This document shows, piece after piece, positions 1-12,569 of a stretch of 64,000 nucleotides of DNA. The stretch is from Thermoplasmata archaeon (GTDB taxonomy: Archaea > Thermoplasmatota > Thermoplasmata > Lutacidiplasmatales > UBA184). The stretch lies in contig JAKASE010000006.1 of the NCBI GenBank assembly GCA_021819135.1, positions 18,165-82,164 on the forward strand, in the 5' to 3' direction. The notes beneath the pieces are model-generated. The model had not been told where the DNA came from, made no database searches, and was given only the letters and a program-made list of their open reading frames with translations. Every line of letters starts with the position of its first letter. Positions within the stretch are counted from its first letter, which is position 1. The translations under genes and the position numbers were made by a program.

Positions 1-889
1 GGTACCGAAAGGTCGAGGAGATAGGCGAATTCGCCCGGCTCGTAGACCACGGGCCGGTCGGCGGTCACGCGGGCCCCGTCCGCCGCGACCTCGTCGAGGG
101 TCGCCGGGACGGACTGGAGCCCGATCGACAGGTGGAGCTGGGCTCCCGGACCGGCGTCGCCGCGGTAGTAGCGGCACTTGAGGAACGGCCCTTGGGGCAG
201 CGAGGTCGCGACCGCGAGGGACCCGTCGGGGGCCAGGATCTGACCGCGCTCGATCTCGTCCGCCTCCACGCCCTTGAGCGCGACCCCGACCCGCTCCCCG
301 CCGACGGCCTCCTTGCGGTCTATGTCATGGACCTGGATCGAGCGGACCTCGACGACCTTCGGGGTCGGGAACAGACGGAGCTTCTCGTGCGCGCGGAGGG
401 TCCCGCGGCGCACCACCCCGAGCGCGACCGCGCCGACGCCCTTCACCGGGAACGCATGGTCGAGCGGGGCGCGGACCGGGCCCTCCGCGACCGGGGCCGA
501 CCACCCTTCGATCAGGGCCCGGAGGTGCGGCAGGTCGAGCGGCACGCGGGGGGCGTCCGCGAGACGGCCGGTCCTCAGGACCCGGGCGACCTCGTTCTCC
601 CCGACCGCCGGACCGAGGACGACCGTGGTCGGCAGCTCGGAGAGCTCGAGGGCCGCGATCGTCTCGGCGACCGGCCGGGAGAGCTCGGCCACCACGAGGA
701 GCGCCCGGTCCGCCATCGCCATCGCGGTCAGGAGGGGCGGGAGCTTCTCGGGGAACTGCGTCGGCTCGACCACGGTGATCGCGTGCTCGTCGTGGACGAG
801 GTTGAACAGCGTGATGTCGGAGGCGGTCCCCTTCTTGCCAAGCTCCTTCGCCACGTCGGGGGCGCCGAGGAGCGCGACCGTGAGCCCGC

Positions 890-893
<4 letters not shown>
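1..893 (-). CDS. SelB/EF-Tu-like protein with degenerate G domain (aSelBL-like); 3' end runs off the window
   Basis: Not in the ORF track. Manual translation from ATG 893 gives MSGLTVALLGAPDVAKELGKKGTASDITLFN...DHAFPVKGVGAVALGVV...VRSIQVHD...GERVGVALKGV, which are EF-Tu domain II motifs. ATGA overlap with the clpB stop. Confidence 0.8.
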
Positions 894-3508
<2,615 letters not shown>

Positions 3509-3533
3509 GGGAATGCGTCATCCGGAGGAGCCG

Positions 3534-3540
3534 ATTTAAG
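3534..3540. promoter_or_regulatory. Putative shared TATA element for divergent clpB and pyrD
   Basis: ATTTAAG/CTTAAAT is the most AT-rich patch in a 55-bp intergenic gap, about 24-26 nt from both start codons. Confidence 0.5.
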
Positions 3541-3563
3541 CGCACCACCCGTCTTGGGCGGTC

Positions 3564-4481
3564 GTGGCCGATCTCGCGGTCCGCGTCGCGGGGATCCCCC
3601 TGCGGAACCCGTTCCTTCTGGCCTCGGGCATCTGGGGAGAGAGCGGGGACTCCCTCGCCGGTGCCTGGTCCGCGGGAGCGGGCGGCGTCATCACGAAGTC
3701 GATCGGGTCGGATCCTCGCCCCGGCTACCCGAACCCCACGATCGAGACCTACGAGCGGTGGGGGCTCCTCAATGCGATGGGGCTACCCAATCCCGGGATC
3801 GCCGAATACCCCGGTGAGATCGCCATCGCCCGAAAGGCGGGGGCGACGATCATCGGGTCGGTCTTCGCGGGGGACGCCGCCGAGTTCGCCCGCCTGGCGC
3901 AGCGCATGGAGGGGACTGGAGTCGCGGCGATCGAGCTCAACCTGAGCTGCCCCCACGCGGAGGGGTTCGGCACCGAGGTCGGGAGCGACCCGGACGAGGT
4001 CGAGGCGATCGTCCGCGCGGTGCGTCAGCAGGTCACGGTCCCCATCATTGCCAAGATCACCCCGAACACCTCCGACCCTGCGGCGCTCGCGGCGGCGGCC
4101 GAGCACGGCGGGGCGGCCGCCGTGAGCGCGATCAACACCCTGCGCGCGCTCGCGATCGACGTCGAGCTGAGACGGCCGGTGCTCTCGCACGGTCTCGGCG
4201 GACTGAGCGGCTCCGCCATCAAACCGGTGGGCCTCGCGTGCGTCTGGCAGATCTACGAAGCGGTCTCGATCCCCGTGATCGGCGTGGGCGGGATCATGTC
4301 CGGGCGCGATGCGCTCGAGTATGTGATGGCCGGGGCCCGGGCGGTGGAGGTAGGGACCGCGATCGCGTTCGATGGGGTCGGGGTCTTCGATCGGCTGACC
4401 CGCGAGCTCTCGGAGCTATTGGACCGGATTGGGATCGCCCGGCTCGAAGAGGCCGTCGGGGCCGCGCACCCGAAGGGCTGA
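3564..4481 (+). CDS. pyrD: Dihydroorotate dehydrogenase (class 1B) catalytic subunit
   Basis: NPFLLASG, NAMGLPNPG, ELNLSCPH, GGLSGSAIKP, IIGVGG-type motifs. Confidence 0.95.
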   Translation: MADLAVRVAGIPLRNPFLLASGIWGESGDSLAGAWSAGAGGVITKSIGSDPRPGYPNPTIETYERWGLLNAMGLPNPGIAEYPGEIAIARKAGATIIGSVFAGDAAEFARLAQRMEGTGVAAIELNLSCPHAEGFGTEVGSDPDEVEAIVRAVRQQVTVPIIAKITPNTSDPAALAAAAEHGGAAAVSAINTLRALAIDVELRRPVLSHGLGGLSGSAIKPVGLACVWQIYEAVSIPVIGVGGIMSGRDALEYVMAGARAVEVGTAIAFDGVGVFDRLTRELSELLDRIGIARLEEAVGAAHPKG

Positions 4482-4540
4482 GCGCCGGGTTGTGCCTCGA
4501 CGCGGCGAGCCGCTATAACACGGGCCGACTAGCCCGCTCC

Positions 4541-5329
4541 GTGCGCACGGTCGTCCGCGTCACGGACCGGGTGGCGGAGACCCCCTCCACCGTGACCTTG
4601 CGTTTCGCGTTCCCGGCTTCGGCCGCCCCGGGCCAGTTCGTGATGGCGTGGTTCCCCGGGGACGACGAGATCCCGATGTCCCTCTCGTACATCGAGGACC
4701 GGTCGAAGGGGATCACGGTCAAGGTCATGGGCGACACCAGCCGGCGCATCCAGTCGATCGCCCCCGGGACCCCGATCGGCATCCGGGGCCCGTACGGGAA
4801 CCGGTTCGATCTCTCCCCCCGCCGCGTCCTTGTGGTCGCGGGGGGCTCCGGAGCGGCCGTGCTCGCTCCGGCCGCCGAGCGGGCCCGCTCGACCGGGGCG
4901 GCGGTGACGGTCGCCCTCGGCGCGACCCGGTCCCCGGAGCTCCTCTTCCGGGACCGGTTCCAACGGATGGGAGCCCGGGTCGACGTCGCCACCGACGACG
5001 GCTCCGAGGGATTCCACGGGTTCGTCACGGAGGTCGCGGCCCGTCACCTCGCGTCCGAGCCGTTCGATGCGGTGTGGACGTGCGGCCCCGAGGTGATGAT
5101 GCGGAAGGTCGTGAGCCTCGCGGAGCCTCGCCAGATCCCCGTCTACTGTTCGATGGAACGGCACATGAAGTGCGCGATCGGCATGTGCGACGCCTGCGCG
5201 CTCGGTCCGTACCACGTCTGTACCGACGGTCCGGTGTTCTCCGCCGAGCGGCTCCGTGGGGTCGAGGACTTCGGTCGGTTCCATCGGGATTCCTGCGGTC
5301 GCCGCATCCCCTTCGGGAGCCCCGGCTGA
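4541..5329 (+). CDS. pyrK: Dihydroorotate dehydrogenase electron transfer subunit
   Basis: PGQFVM, GPYGN, CGPEVMM and a 2Fe-2S motif CAIGMCDAC...C; start placed at GTG 4541 downstream of a TATA-like ctataa. Confidence 0.9.
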   Translation: MRTVVRVTDRVAETPSTVTLRFAFPASAAPGQFVMAWFPGDDEIPMSLSYIEDRSKGITVKVMGDTSRRIQSIAPGTPIGIRGPYGNRFDLSPRRVLVVAGGSGAAVLAPAAERARSTGAAVTVALGATRSPELLFRDRFQRMGARVDVATDDGSEGFHGFVTEVAARHLASEPFDAVWTCGPEVMMRKVVSLAEPRQIPVYCSMERHMKCAIGMCDACALGPYHVCTDGPVFSAERLRGVEDFGRFHRDSCGRRIPFGSPG

Positions 5330-5419
5330 GGCCCCGCCACCGTTCGACCCGAAGGGTTCCGGCTTCCCTTGCCACCAACTTTATCGTCCTCCCCCTCTAC
5401 GAGGGGGCCGGAGCGACGG

Positions 5420-7054
5420 ATGAAGGTCATTGTCGTGAGCGGCGGGGTCATTTCCGGCCTCGGGAAGGGGATCACCACCTCCTCCCTCGGGCGCCTCCTG
5501 AAGGCGCGCGGGATCCCGGTCACGATCCTCAAGATCGACCCGTACCTCAATGTCGATGCCGGTACGATGAACCCGTACCAGCACGGGGAGGTCTTCGTCC
5601 TCGACGACGGCACGGAGGCCGATCTCGACCTCGGCAACTACGAGCGGTTCCTCGGGCAGAGCCTGAGCGGCACGCACAACCTCACGACGGGGAAGATCTA
5701 CCGGGCGGTCATCGAGAAGGAACGACGCGGCGATTATCTCGGCAACACCGTGCAGATCATCCCGCACGTCACCGGCGAGATCAAGCGGACGATCCGGGAG
5801 GTCTGCCAGGCGGCCGGCGCGGACGTCATCCTGGTCGAGGTCGGGGGGACGGTCGGGGACATCGAATCCATGCCGTTCCTCGAGGCCCTCCGCGAGCTCT
5901 CCTACGAGCTCGGCGAGGGCCACATGGCGTTCGTCCACACCACCCTCGTGCCCGTGGTCGGGCCGGTCGGCGAGGCGAAGACGAAGCCGACACAGCACTC
6001 GGTCCGCGAGCTGCGGGCGATCGGGATCCGCCCGAACCTGATCATCGCGCGGGGACCCACCCCCCTCACCGCCGACATCAAGGCGAAGATCTCGCTCTTC
6101 TGTGACGTTCGGCCCGAGGCGGTGATCTCGGTTCCGGATCAGCCGGTGATCTACGAGGTGCCCCTCGTCCTCGAGGCCCAGGGCGTGGGATCGATCCTGA
6201 CCCGTCTCCTCGGCCTGCCCGAACGGCAGCCCGACTTCACGGCATGGAAGGAGTTCCTCGCGAACTATCGCGCCGCCGAACGCACGATCGAGGTCGCGGT
6301 CGTGGGGAAGTACACCGAGCTCCGGGACGCCTACCTGTCGCACTCGGAGGCGTTCCACCACGTCCAGGGCCACCTCGGCGTCGAGATCCGCCTCCAGTGG
6401 TACGATTCCGAGGACATCCCGAGGAACCCCGCCCTCCTGGGGCGCCTCGAGCGGTCGGACGCGATCCTCGTCCCCGGCGGCTTCGGGGCCCGGGGGGTCG
6501 AGGGGAAGATCCGATCGATCGCGATCGCACGCACGAAGGGGATCCCGTACCTCGGTGTCTGCTACGGCTTCCAGATGGCCGCGGTCGAGTTCGCGCGCAA
6601 CGTCCTCGAGCTCCCGCAGGCGAACACGACCGAGGTCGACTCGGCATGTCCCGACCCGGTCGTCTGTCTCCTCGAGGAGCAGAAGGGGGTGAACGCCCTC
6701 GGGGGCACCATGCGGCTCGGTGCCCAGCGCGTCGTCCTGAGCCCAGGCTCGCGCGTCGCCGAGATCTACGGCAAGACCGAGATCTGGGAGCGCCACCGTC
6801 ACCGCTACGAGATCAACCCGGAATACCTCGAGCGGTTCCGCAAGGCGGGGCTCGTGGTCACGGGTCGTTCCGTGGACGGCCGGGTCGAGGTCTTCGAGGC
6901 ATCGGACCATCCGTTCTTCCTTGGCGTCCAGTTCCACCCGGAGTTCCTTTCCCGACCGGAGTCCCCCCATCCGCTCTATCTCGCGTTCGTACGGGCCGCG
7001 CTCGCCCGCAAGGAGGTCGCCCACCCTGTCGGCGCCCCGTCGGCTGTCGCGTGA
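5420..7054 (+). CDS. pyrG: CTP synthase
   Basis: GGVISGLGKG, KTKPTQHSV, GVCYGFQ, RHRHRYE, QFHPE; start at ATG 5420. Confidence 0.97.
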   Translation: MKVIVVSGGVISGLGKGITTSSLGRLLKARGIPVTILKIDPYLNVDAGTMNPYQHGEVFVLDDGTEADLDLGNYERFLGQSLSGTHNLTTGKIYRAVIEKERRGDYLGNTVQIIPHVTGEIKRTIREVCQAAGADVILVEVGGTVGDIESMPFLEALRELSYELGEGHMAFVHTTLVPVVGPVGEAKTKPTQHSVRELRAIGIRPNLIIARGPTPLTADIKAKISLFCDVRPEAVISVPDQPVIYEVPLVLEAQGVGSILTRLLGLPERQPDFTAWKEFLANYRAAERTIEVAVVGKYTELRDAYLSHSEAFHHVQGHLGVEIRLQWYDSEDIPRNPALLGRLERSDAILVPGGFGARGVEGKIRSIAIARTKGIPYLGVCYGFQMAAVEFARNVLELPQANTTEVDSACPDPVVCLLEEQKGVNALGGTMRLGAQRVVLSPGSRVAEIYGKTEIWERHRHRYEINPEYLERFRKAGLVVTGRSVDGRVEVFEASDHPFFLGVQFHPEFLSRPESPHPLYLAFVRAALARKEVAHPVGAPSAVA

Positions 7055-8336
7055 GCTCAAGGAGCGCGACGGCGAGGTCGTTCGGATCGCCGGTCACCTC
7101 GAGGACTACCGGGCCCTCGGGGGCGTGGCGTTTGCCATCGTGCGGGATGGGTCCGGGACTACCCAGGTCACGCTCAAGAAAGGGTCCGCCGACCCGTCAC
7201 TGTTCGCGCTCCTTCAGGAGCTCCCCCGCGAGTCGGTCGTCGAAGTGGAAGGGACGGTCCGCCGGTCGGAGAAGGCCCAGCGGGGCGTCGAGGTCCATCC
7301 CTCTCGAGTGACCGTCCTCGGTCGATCGGAGGCGCCGCTCCCGCTCGGGATCGTCGACAAGGTGGGGGCCGAGCTCCCCACCCGTCTCGACCATCGCGTC
7401 CTCGACCTGAGGAAGCCGGCGATCCGGGCGATCTTCGAGATGCGGACGAGCCTCCTCGCCGGGTTCCGCGCCGCGTTCCTCAAGCGGGGCTTTCTCGAGG
7501 TCGAGACGCCGAAGATCCTCCGCCAGGGCGCCGAGGGAGGCGCGACCCTATTCGCCGTGGAGTACTTCGACACCCGGGCCTACCTCGCCCAGAGCCCCCA
7601 GCTCTACAAGCAGATGCTGATCGGGGCGGGGTTCGAGCGCGTCTTCGAGATCGCGCCGGCGTTCCGGGCCGAACCGTCCGACACCCTCCGTCACATCACC
7701 GAGTTCTCGAGCCTCGACGCCGAGGTCGGGTACATCGACGGGGCCGACGACCTCCGGACCCTGGTCGAGCAGCTCCTCGGGGACGCCATCGGGTTCGTAC
7801 GCCGCGACCTCGCGGAGCGCGGGAATCCCCTCGCGGACCGGATCCCCGAGCCCCAGCCCCCGTTCCCCCGGATCCCGTTCTCCGTCTGCGAGGAGTGGCT
7901 CGGACGGCCGGGCGCGGAGCAGGACCTCGGGACCGAGGACGAGAAGGCGATCGGGGAGAGGGCGATGAAGGAGTACGGTTCTCCCTTCTACTTCCTCATC
8001 GATTTTCCCACGGCGGTCAAGGCCCACACGTTCTATGCGCAGCGGCAGGACGCGAACCCCCGTCTCACCGGGTACTTCGACCTCGACTACCGGGGCCTCG
8101 AACTGATGAGCGGAGGGCCGCGCGAGCACCGGTACGACCGTCTTATCGAGAACATCCGGTCGGCGGGGCTCGACCCGGCCCACTTCCCGGGGTACCTCGA
8201 AGCGTTCCGCTACGGCATGCCGCCCCACGGCGGGTGGGCCATCGGCGTCGACCGGCTCGTGCAGGTCCTCGCAGGGCTCTCCAATATACGGGAGGCCCGC
8301 CTCTTCCCCCGGGACCGGTATCGCCTCGACCCGTAA
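7026..8336 (+). CDS. aspS: Aspartyl-tRNA synthetase (archaeal type); probable CTG start
   Basis: OB fold, EGGATLF, LAQSPQLYKQ, FRAE, GMPPHGGWAIGVDR, FPRD. Start inferred from AGGAGGT (7011-7017) followed by CTG 7026. Confidence 0.92.
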   Translation: MSAPRRLSRELKERDGEVVRIAGHLEDYRALGGVAFAIVRDGSGTTQVTLKKGSADPSLFALLQELPRESVVEVEGTVRRSEKAQRGVEVHPSRVTVLGRSEAPLPLGIVDKVGAELPTRLDHRVLDLRKPAIRAIFEMRTSLLAGFRAAFLKRGFLEVETPKILRQGAEGGATLFAVEYFDTRAYLAQSPQLYKQMLIGAGFERVFEIAPAFRAEPSDTLRHITEFSSLDAEVGYIDGADDLRTLVEQLLGDAIGFVRRDLAERGNPLADRIPEPQPPFPRIPFSVCEEWLGRPGAEQDLGTEDEKAIGERAMKEYGSPFYFLIDFPTAVKAHTFYAQRQDANPRLTGYFDLDYRGLELMSGGPREHRYDRLIENIRSAGLDPAHFPGYLEAFRYGMPPHGGWAIGVDRLVQVLAGLSNIREARLFPRDRYRLDP

Positions 8337-8351
8337 CGGAGGAGACGAGTC

Positions 8352-10454
8352 ATGGTCGCGGTCAAGAGGACCCTCCCCGCGCCTCCCGAGCTCCAGAGCC
8401 GGTGGGCCGCGGTGCTCGAGGAGACGGGGCTACGGCCGAGGATCCTCCAGATCCACGACCGGTTCCCCGAGGAGCGGTCGCTCGAGGTCCCGTTCGCCGC
8501 CATCGACACTGTCGACACCGGGCTCGCGGACATCCTGCTCGAGCGGCCCGAGGAGGTCCTGGATGCGGGGATCCGGGCGATGGGCGAGCTCCTTCCGGTC
8601 TCGGGTCCGGATGCCCACCATCTTCGGCTCCGGGTCGTGGGATTCCCCGCTACCGCACACCGGACCGTCCGAGCGATCCGGGAGACGGATCTCAACCGGC
8701 TGATCGCGCTGGACGGTGTCGTCCGGCGGGTGAGCGAGGTCCGGCCGCAGATCCGCGATGCGGTGTTCGAGTGCGTCGCGTGCCGCACGAAGTTCCATGA
8801 GCCTCAGGACGAGGTCTCCCTCGTCTTCCGCGAGCCGCTCGAGTGCCCGGAGTCGCAGGGGGGGTGCGGCCGCACCCAGGGCCGGACCCGGTTCCGCCTG
8901 GTCGCCGAGGAGTCGACGTACGTCGATGCGCAACGCATCGAGGTCCAGGAGAACCCCGAGACGCTCCGCCATGGAGCCCATCCTCAGGGTCTCAACGTCC
9001 TGCTCACCGAGGACCTCACCGGCCGGGTCCTGCCGGGGAACCGGATCGTGCTCAACGGCGTGCTCAAGAGCTTCCAGCGCGCGAGCGCCTCCCGCGGCGG
9101 GGTGGTCCGGAACACCACCTTCGACCTGATGGTCCTCGGGAACTCGTTCGAGTCCAAGGTCCGGGAGTACGAGGAGATCGAGATCGCTCCGGAGGAGGCG
9201 CGCCTGATCGAGTCGTTCCGGGGGGATCCGACCGTCGTCGACAAGATCGTCCTGTCGCTGGCGCCCACGATCAAGGGGATGGAGGAGGAGAAGGAGGCGA
9301 TCGCCCTCCAGCTCTTCGGCGGCGTCGAGAAGCGGCACGCGGACGGGGTCCGGGTCCGGGGCGACATCCACTGTCTCATCGTGGGGGATCCGGGGACCGC
9401 CAAGAGCCAGCTCCTCCGCTATATCGCGGAGGTCGCCCCCCGGGGGATCTATACCAGCGGCAAGGGCGCCACGGCCGCCGGGCTCACGGCCGCCGCGGTG
9501 AAGGACGATTTCGCCGGCGGACGCTGGGTGCTCGAGGCCGGGATGCTGGTCCTGGCTGACGGCGGGATGGCGATGATCGACGAGCTCGACAAGATGAGCC
9601 CGGAGGACCGGTCCGCCATGCACGAGGTGCTGGAGCAACAGACCGTGAGCATCGCCAAGGCCGGGATCACCTCGACCCTGAACGCCCGATGTCCCGTGCT
9701 GGCCGCCGCGAACCCGAAGTGGGGCCGGTTCACGAACGACCGGTCGATCGCCGAGCAGCTCGACCTGCCGCCCACCCTCCTCTCGCGGTTCGACGTGATC
9801 TACTCGATCAAGGACGTGCCGGACCAGGAACGGGACCGTCACCTCGCGAACCGGATCCTCGCCTCGCACCGGGACGTCGAGCGGGAAGGAGAGGGCAGCG
9901 GGTTGGCCCCGTTCTCCCCGGACCTGCTGAAGAAGTACATCGCCTACGCCCGGAAGAACATCCGGCCGTCGCTCTCGCAGGGGGCGCTCGACGAGCTCGA
10001 GAACTTCTACGTCCGCGTGCGCCGGCAGGGCGAGGAGCCGAACGCTCCGGTGCCGATCACCGCCCGTCAGCTGGAAGCGCTCGTGCGTCTGAGCGAGGCG
10101 GCCGCCCGGGCGCGTCTCTCCTCCCGGGTCGAGGTCGAGGACTCCCATCGGGCGATCCACATCATGGAGTCGTTCCTGCGCCGCGTGTCGATGACCGAGG
10201 AGGGGAAGCTCGACATCGACCTCACGCAGTCGGGGGTGAGCCACAGTCAACGCGAGCGGCTCGACATCGTGATGCGGATCATGCGGGAGCTCCAGGACGA
10301 GCACGGGGGGTTCTTCTCGATTGAGCAGTTCCGGGAGGCGGCCGAGAAGGCCGGGATCCCTCCGCCCAAGGCGGAGGCCCTCTTGCAGTCGCTGCGGAAC
10401 CAGGGCGAGATCATCGAGGCCCGACCGAACCACCTCCAGCTGGTCCGGTTCTGA
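8352..10454 (+). CDS. mcm: MCM replicative helicase
   Basis: Zn finger CVAC...CxxxxxxC, GDPGTAKS, IDELDKM, SRFD, ITARQLE. Confidence 0.97.
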   Translation: MVAVKRTLPAPPELQSRWAAVLEETGLRPRILQIHDRFPEERSLEVPFAAIDTVDTGLADILLERPEEVLDAGIRAMGELLPVSGPDAHHLRLRVVGFPATAHRTVRAIRETDLNRLIALDGVVRRVSEVRPQIRDAVFECVACRTKFHEPQDEVSLVFREPLECPESQGGCGRTQGRTRFRLVAEESTYVDAQRIEVQENPETLRHGAHPQGLNVLLTEDLTGRVLPGNRIVLNGVLKSFQRASASRGGVVRNTTFDLMVLGNSFESKVREYEEIEIAPEEARLIESFRGDPTVVDKIVLSLAPTIKGMEEEKEAIALQLFGGVEKRHADGVRVRGDIHCLIVGDPGTAKSQLLRYIAEVAPRGIYTSGKGATAAGLTAAAVKDDFAGGRWVLEAGMLVLADGGMAMIDELDKMSPEDRSAMHEVLEQQTVSIAKAGITSTLNARCPVLAAANPKWGRFTNDRSIAEQLDLPPTLLSRFDVIYSIKDVPDQERDRHLANRILASHRDVEREGEGSGLAPFSPDLLKKYIAYARKNIRPSLSQGALDELENFYVRVRRQGEEPNAPVPITARQLEALVRLSEAAARARLSSRVEVEDSHRAIHIMESFLRRVSMTEEGKLDIDLTQSGVSHSQRERLDIVMRIMRELQDEHGGFFSIEQFREAAEKAGIPPPKAEALLQSLRNQGEIIEARPNHLQLVRF

Positions 10455-10507
10455 GACACGCGCGCCGCGACCCGGAGGGCCGGCCTGCCCGGGTCGAGGC
10501 CAGGACC

Positions 10508-10702
10508 TCAGTCCACGACCTCGAGCCGGACGTGGAGCTCTTCCGCGACCTCCTTAAGGAGCCGCACCTCGGGATCGGTGAGGCGCGCGCGGACCATCGC
10601 CATGCGGTAGGCCCGGGCGATCGGGACCGGGATCAGGCGATGGAACAGCGACTCCCACGCGGTGCCCAGCGTCCAGACCCGCGTCCCGAGCGCGACCGCC
10701 AG
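10508..10702 (-). CDS. Small hypothetical protein (about 64 aa; start uncertain, possibly CTG)
   Basis: The C-terminal part of ORF 10508..11017 reads like a folded protein (…ARLTDPEVRLLKEVAEELHVRLEVVD). GGAGGT lies 7 nt upstream of CTG 10702. Confidence 0.4.
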   Translation of the reverse strand: MAVALGTRVWTLGTAWESLFHRLIPVPIARAYRMAMVRARLTDPEVRLLKEVAEELHVRLEVVD

Positions 10703-10988
10703 TACGTTGACCTCCGAGGTGGGCCGATGGGGGTTCTCCGGATCGATCCATCCCCGCGAGCGGCTGAGGTAGCAGACCCGCGAGGGGCTCGCCGAGGCGC
10801 CCGGCGGCTCGGGGGGCGGCCCCGAGTTGCGCCGCCCGTTCTTCCCGACATCCACGAACGGTCGTACGCGCGCGGTAGGATTTGAGCGCTCGGCCGGCGC
10901 CCGGGAGGGTGCCGCTCTCCGGCCGGTCTCCCTCCTAGGCCATTTATGCTCTGACCGACCTGCGTCCCATCGACCGGAGGGGGCTGCC

Positions 10989-11306
10989 GTGGCGGAGGAC
11001 GGGCTCGTGATGCGCATCCATCGCGTGCGCTCGGAGTTCGTGGTCGCCGCGTGCGACGCGGAGCTCCTGGGCCGGGACCTGCCGGTCGGCGAGGCCGGAA
11101 AGACCGTCCGGATCTCCCCCCAGTTCTACGGGGAGCGACGCGTCTCCTCGGAGGAGCTTCTCTGGGCCCTCCAGCGCGCCACGATCGCGAACCTCCTCGG
11201 GACCCGGGTGCTCGAGATCGCCCAGCAGGGCGGCTTCGTCGCTCCCGGCAGCGCGGGCACGTTGGGCGGGGTCCCGCACGCCGAGATCTTCTCCCTGCTG
11301 GGCTAG
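10989..11306 (+). CDS. DUF424 family protein
   Basis: VVAACDAELLG, FYG, ATIANLLG, GVPHA; GGAGG upstream of GTG 10989. Confidence 0.85.
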   Translation: MAEDGLVMRIHRVRSEFVVAACDAELLGRDLPVGEAGKTVRISPQFYGERRVSSEELLWALQRATIANLLGTRVLEIAQQGGFVAPGSAGTLGGVPHAEIFSLLG

Positions 11307-11322
11307 ATCCCCGGGGCGTGGG

Positions 11323-12111
11323 ATGTCCGAGAGCGAGTTCTGCGTGGTCTGCGGGGCCACCGACCGGCCGCTCGTCGACGGCGTCTGCGCCCCCTGCGCC
11401 TCGGACCGGACCGTCCTCGTGACGGCCCGCCGCCAGGGGACGGTGGTGATGTGCCCCCACTGCGGGGCCCGCGAGATCGGAGGACGCTGGGAACGAAGCG
11501 GATCGAGCCGGCTCCTGATCGCGGAGGACCTGACGCCGTTCCTCGAACCCCACCCGGAGGTCGGTATCCGTCGAGCCCGGTGGGAGGAGATGGTGGTGAG
11601 CGCCAACCAGCGGGAGTACCGCGGCCATATCCATCTCGTCTTCCGCGGAGTCCCCCGCGACGTCGAGATCCCCCTCACCGTACGGACGGTGTCGAGGAGC
11701 TGTCCCGACTGCAGCCGCAAGAGCGGCCGGTACTACACCGCGATCGTCCAGCTCCGGGGCCCCGAGGACGGCCGGCCCGAGAAACCCCCTGCCCTCCGGA
11801 ACCGCCTCGAGCGGGTCTGGACGAACCTCCTCAAAGAGGCCCGTCCGGACTGGCGGAAGGCCCTCTCCTGGACCGAGGCGCTCCCCGAAGGGTGGGACTG
11901 CTACTTCACGGAGACCTTGGCCGCCCGCGCGATCGCGAAGCTGGCGAAGCAGCGGTACGGGGTCCCGGTCAAGGAGTCCGCGAGCCTCTTCGGCCGACGG
12001 CACGGCCAGGAGGTCTACCGGGTGACGTTCTGCCTGCGGTTCCCGCCCGGGGCCGATTCCTCCGCTTCCGGTCGGTCGGGCGGGGCGACGACCGCGACAA
12101 TGGAACAATAG
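11323..12111 (+). CDS. NMD3 family ribosome biogenesis protein
   Basis: Four CxxC pairs and CPDCSRKSGRYYTAIVQLR. Confidence 0.88.
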   Translation: MSESEFCVVCGATDRPLVDGVCAPCASDRTVLVTARRQGTVVMCPHCGAREIGGRWERSGSSRLLIAEDLTPFLEPHPEVGIRRARWEEMVVSANQREYRGHIHLVFRGVPRDVEIPLTVRTVSRSCPDCSRKSGRYYTAIVQLRGPEDGRPEKPPALRNRLERVWTNLLKEARPDWRKALSWTEALPEGWDCYFTETLAARAIAKLAKQRYGVPVKESASLFGRRHGQEVYRVTFCLRFPPGADSSASGRSGGATTATMEQ

Positions 12112-12162
12112 CCTTAAGAACGGAACACTCCGTCGAGCCGCTCGGTAACGGGGCGCACCTCC

Positions 12163-12543
12163 ATGATGAAGAAAAGCGGGATCCTGCGGCGGCACCACGG
12201 CTCGGACACGTTGGAAGAGGGGTCGTTCGTAGACCTCGGCTCGATGTCGTTCGAGGATGAGGCGGGGACCCTCGCGGGCTCGCGCGGGGCGGTCCGGCTC
12301 GCCGAGATCCTGCGGTTCGAGGACCTCCACGAGGTCACCAAGCTCGCCTACCAGGGCGACATCGTTCTCCTCGACTACACGTCGATCGCCAACGACCAGA
12401 TCGCCGTCAAGCGGATGAGCGTCGATCTCAAGAACGTCGCCAAGGACACCGGCGGGGACGTCGCCGGGATCGCGAAGAACCTCCTCGCGATCACGCCGGC
12501 AGGGATCCGGATCGACAGACAGAAGATCCGGCCGTCGTTCTAA
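12163..12543 (+). CDS. sepF: Cell division protein SepF (archaeal)
   Basis: N-terminal amphipathic segment, GDIVLLD, GGDVAGIAKNLLAITPAGIRIDR. Confidence 0.88.
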   Translation: MMKKSGILRRHHGSDTLEEGSFVDLGSMSFEDEAGTLAGSRGAVRLAEILRFEDLHEVTKLAYQGDIVLLDYTSIANDQIAVKRMSVDLKNVAKDTGGDVAGIAKNLLAITPAGIRIDRQKIRPSF

Positions 12544-12569
12544 TCTCCTCGTCGCGCATCGTCCGCCGC

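Noticed and set aside
8352-10454. Intein in MCM
   Set aside because: Normal length (700 aa) and uninterrupted Walker motifs.
10880-10935. GGAGAG-containing hairpin on the minus strand resembling a glycine riboswitch
   Set aside because: The CCGAAG and CTCTCAGG elements are not found in the right order.
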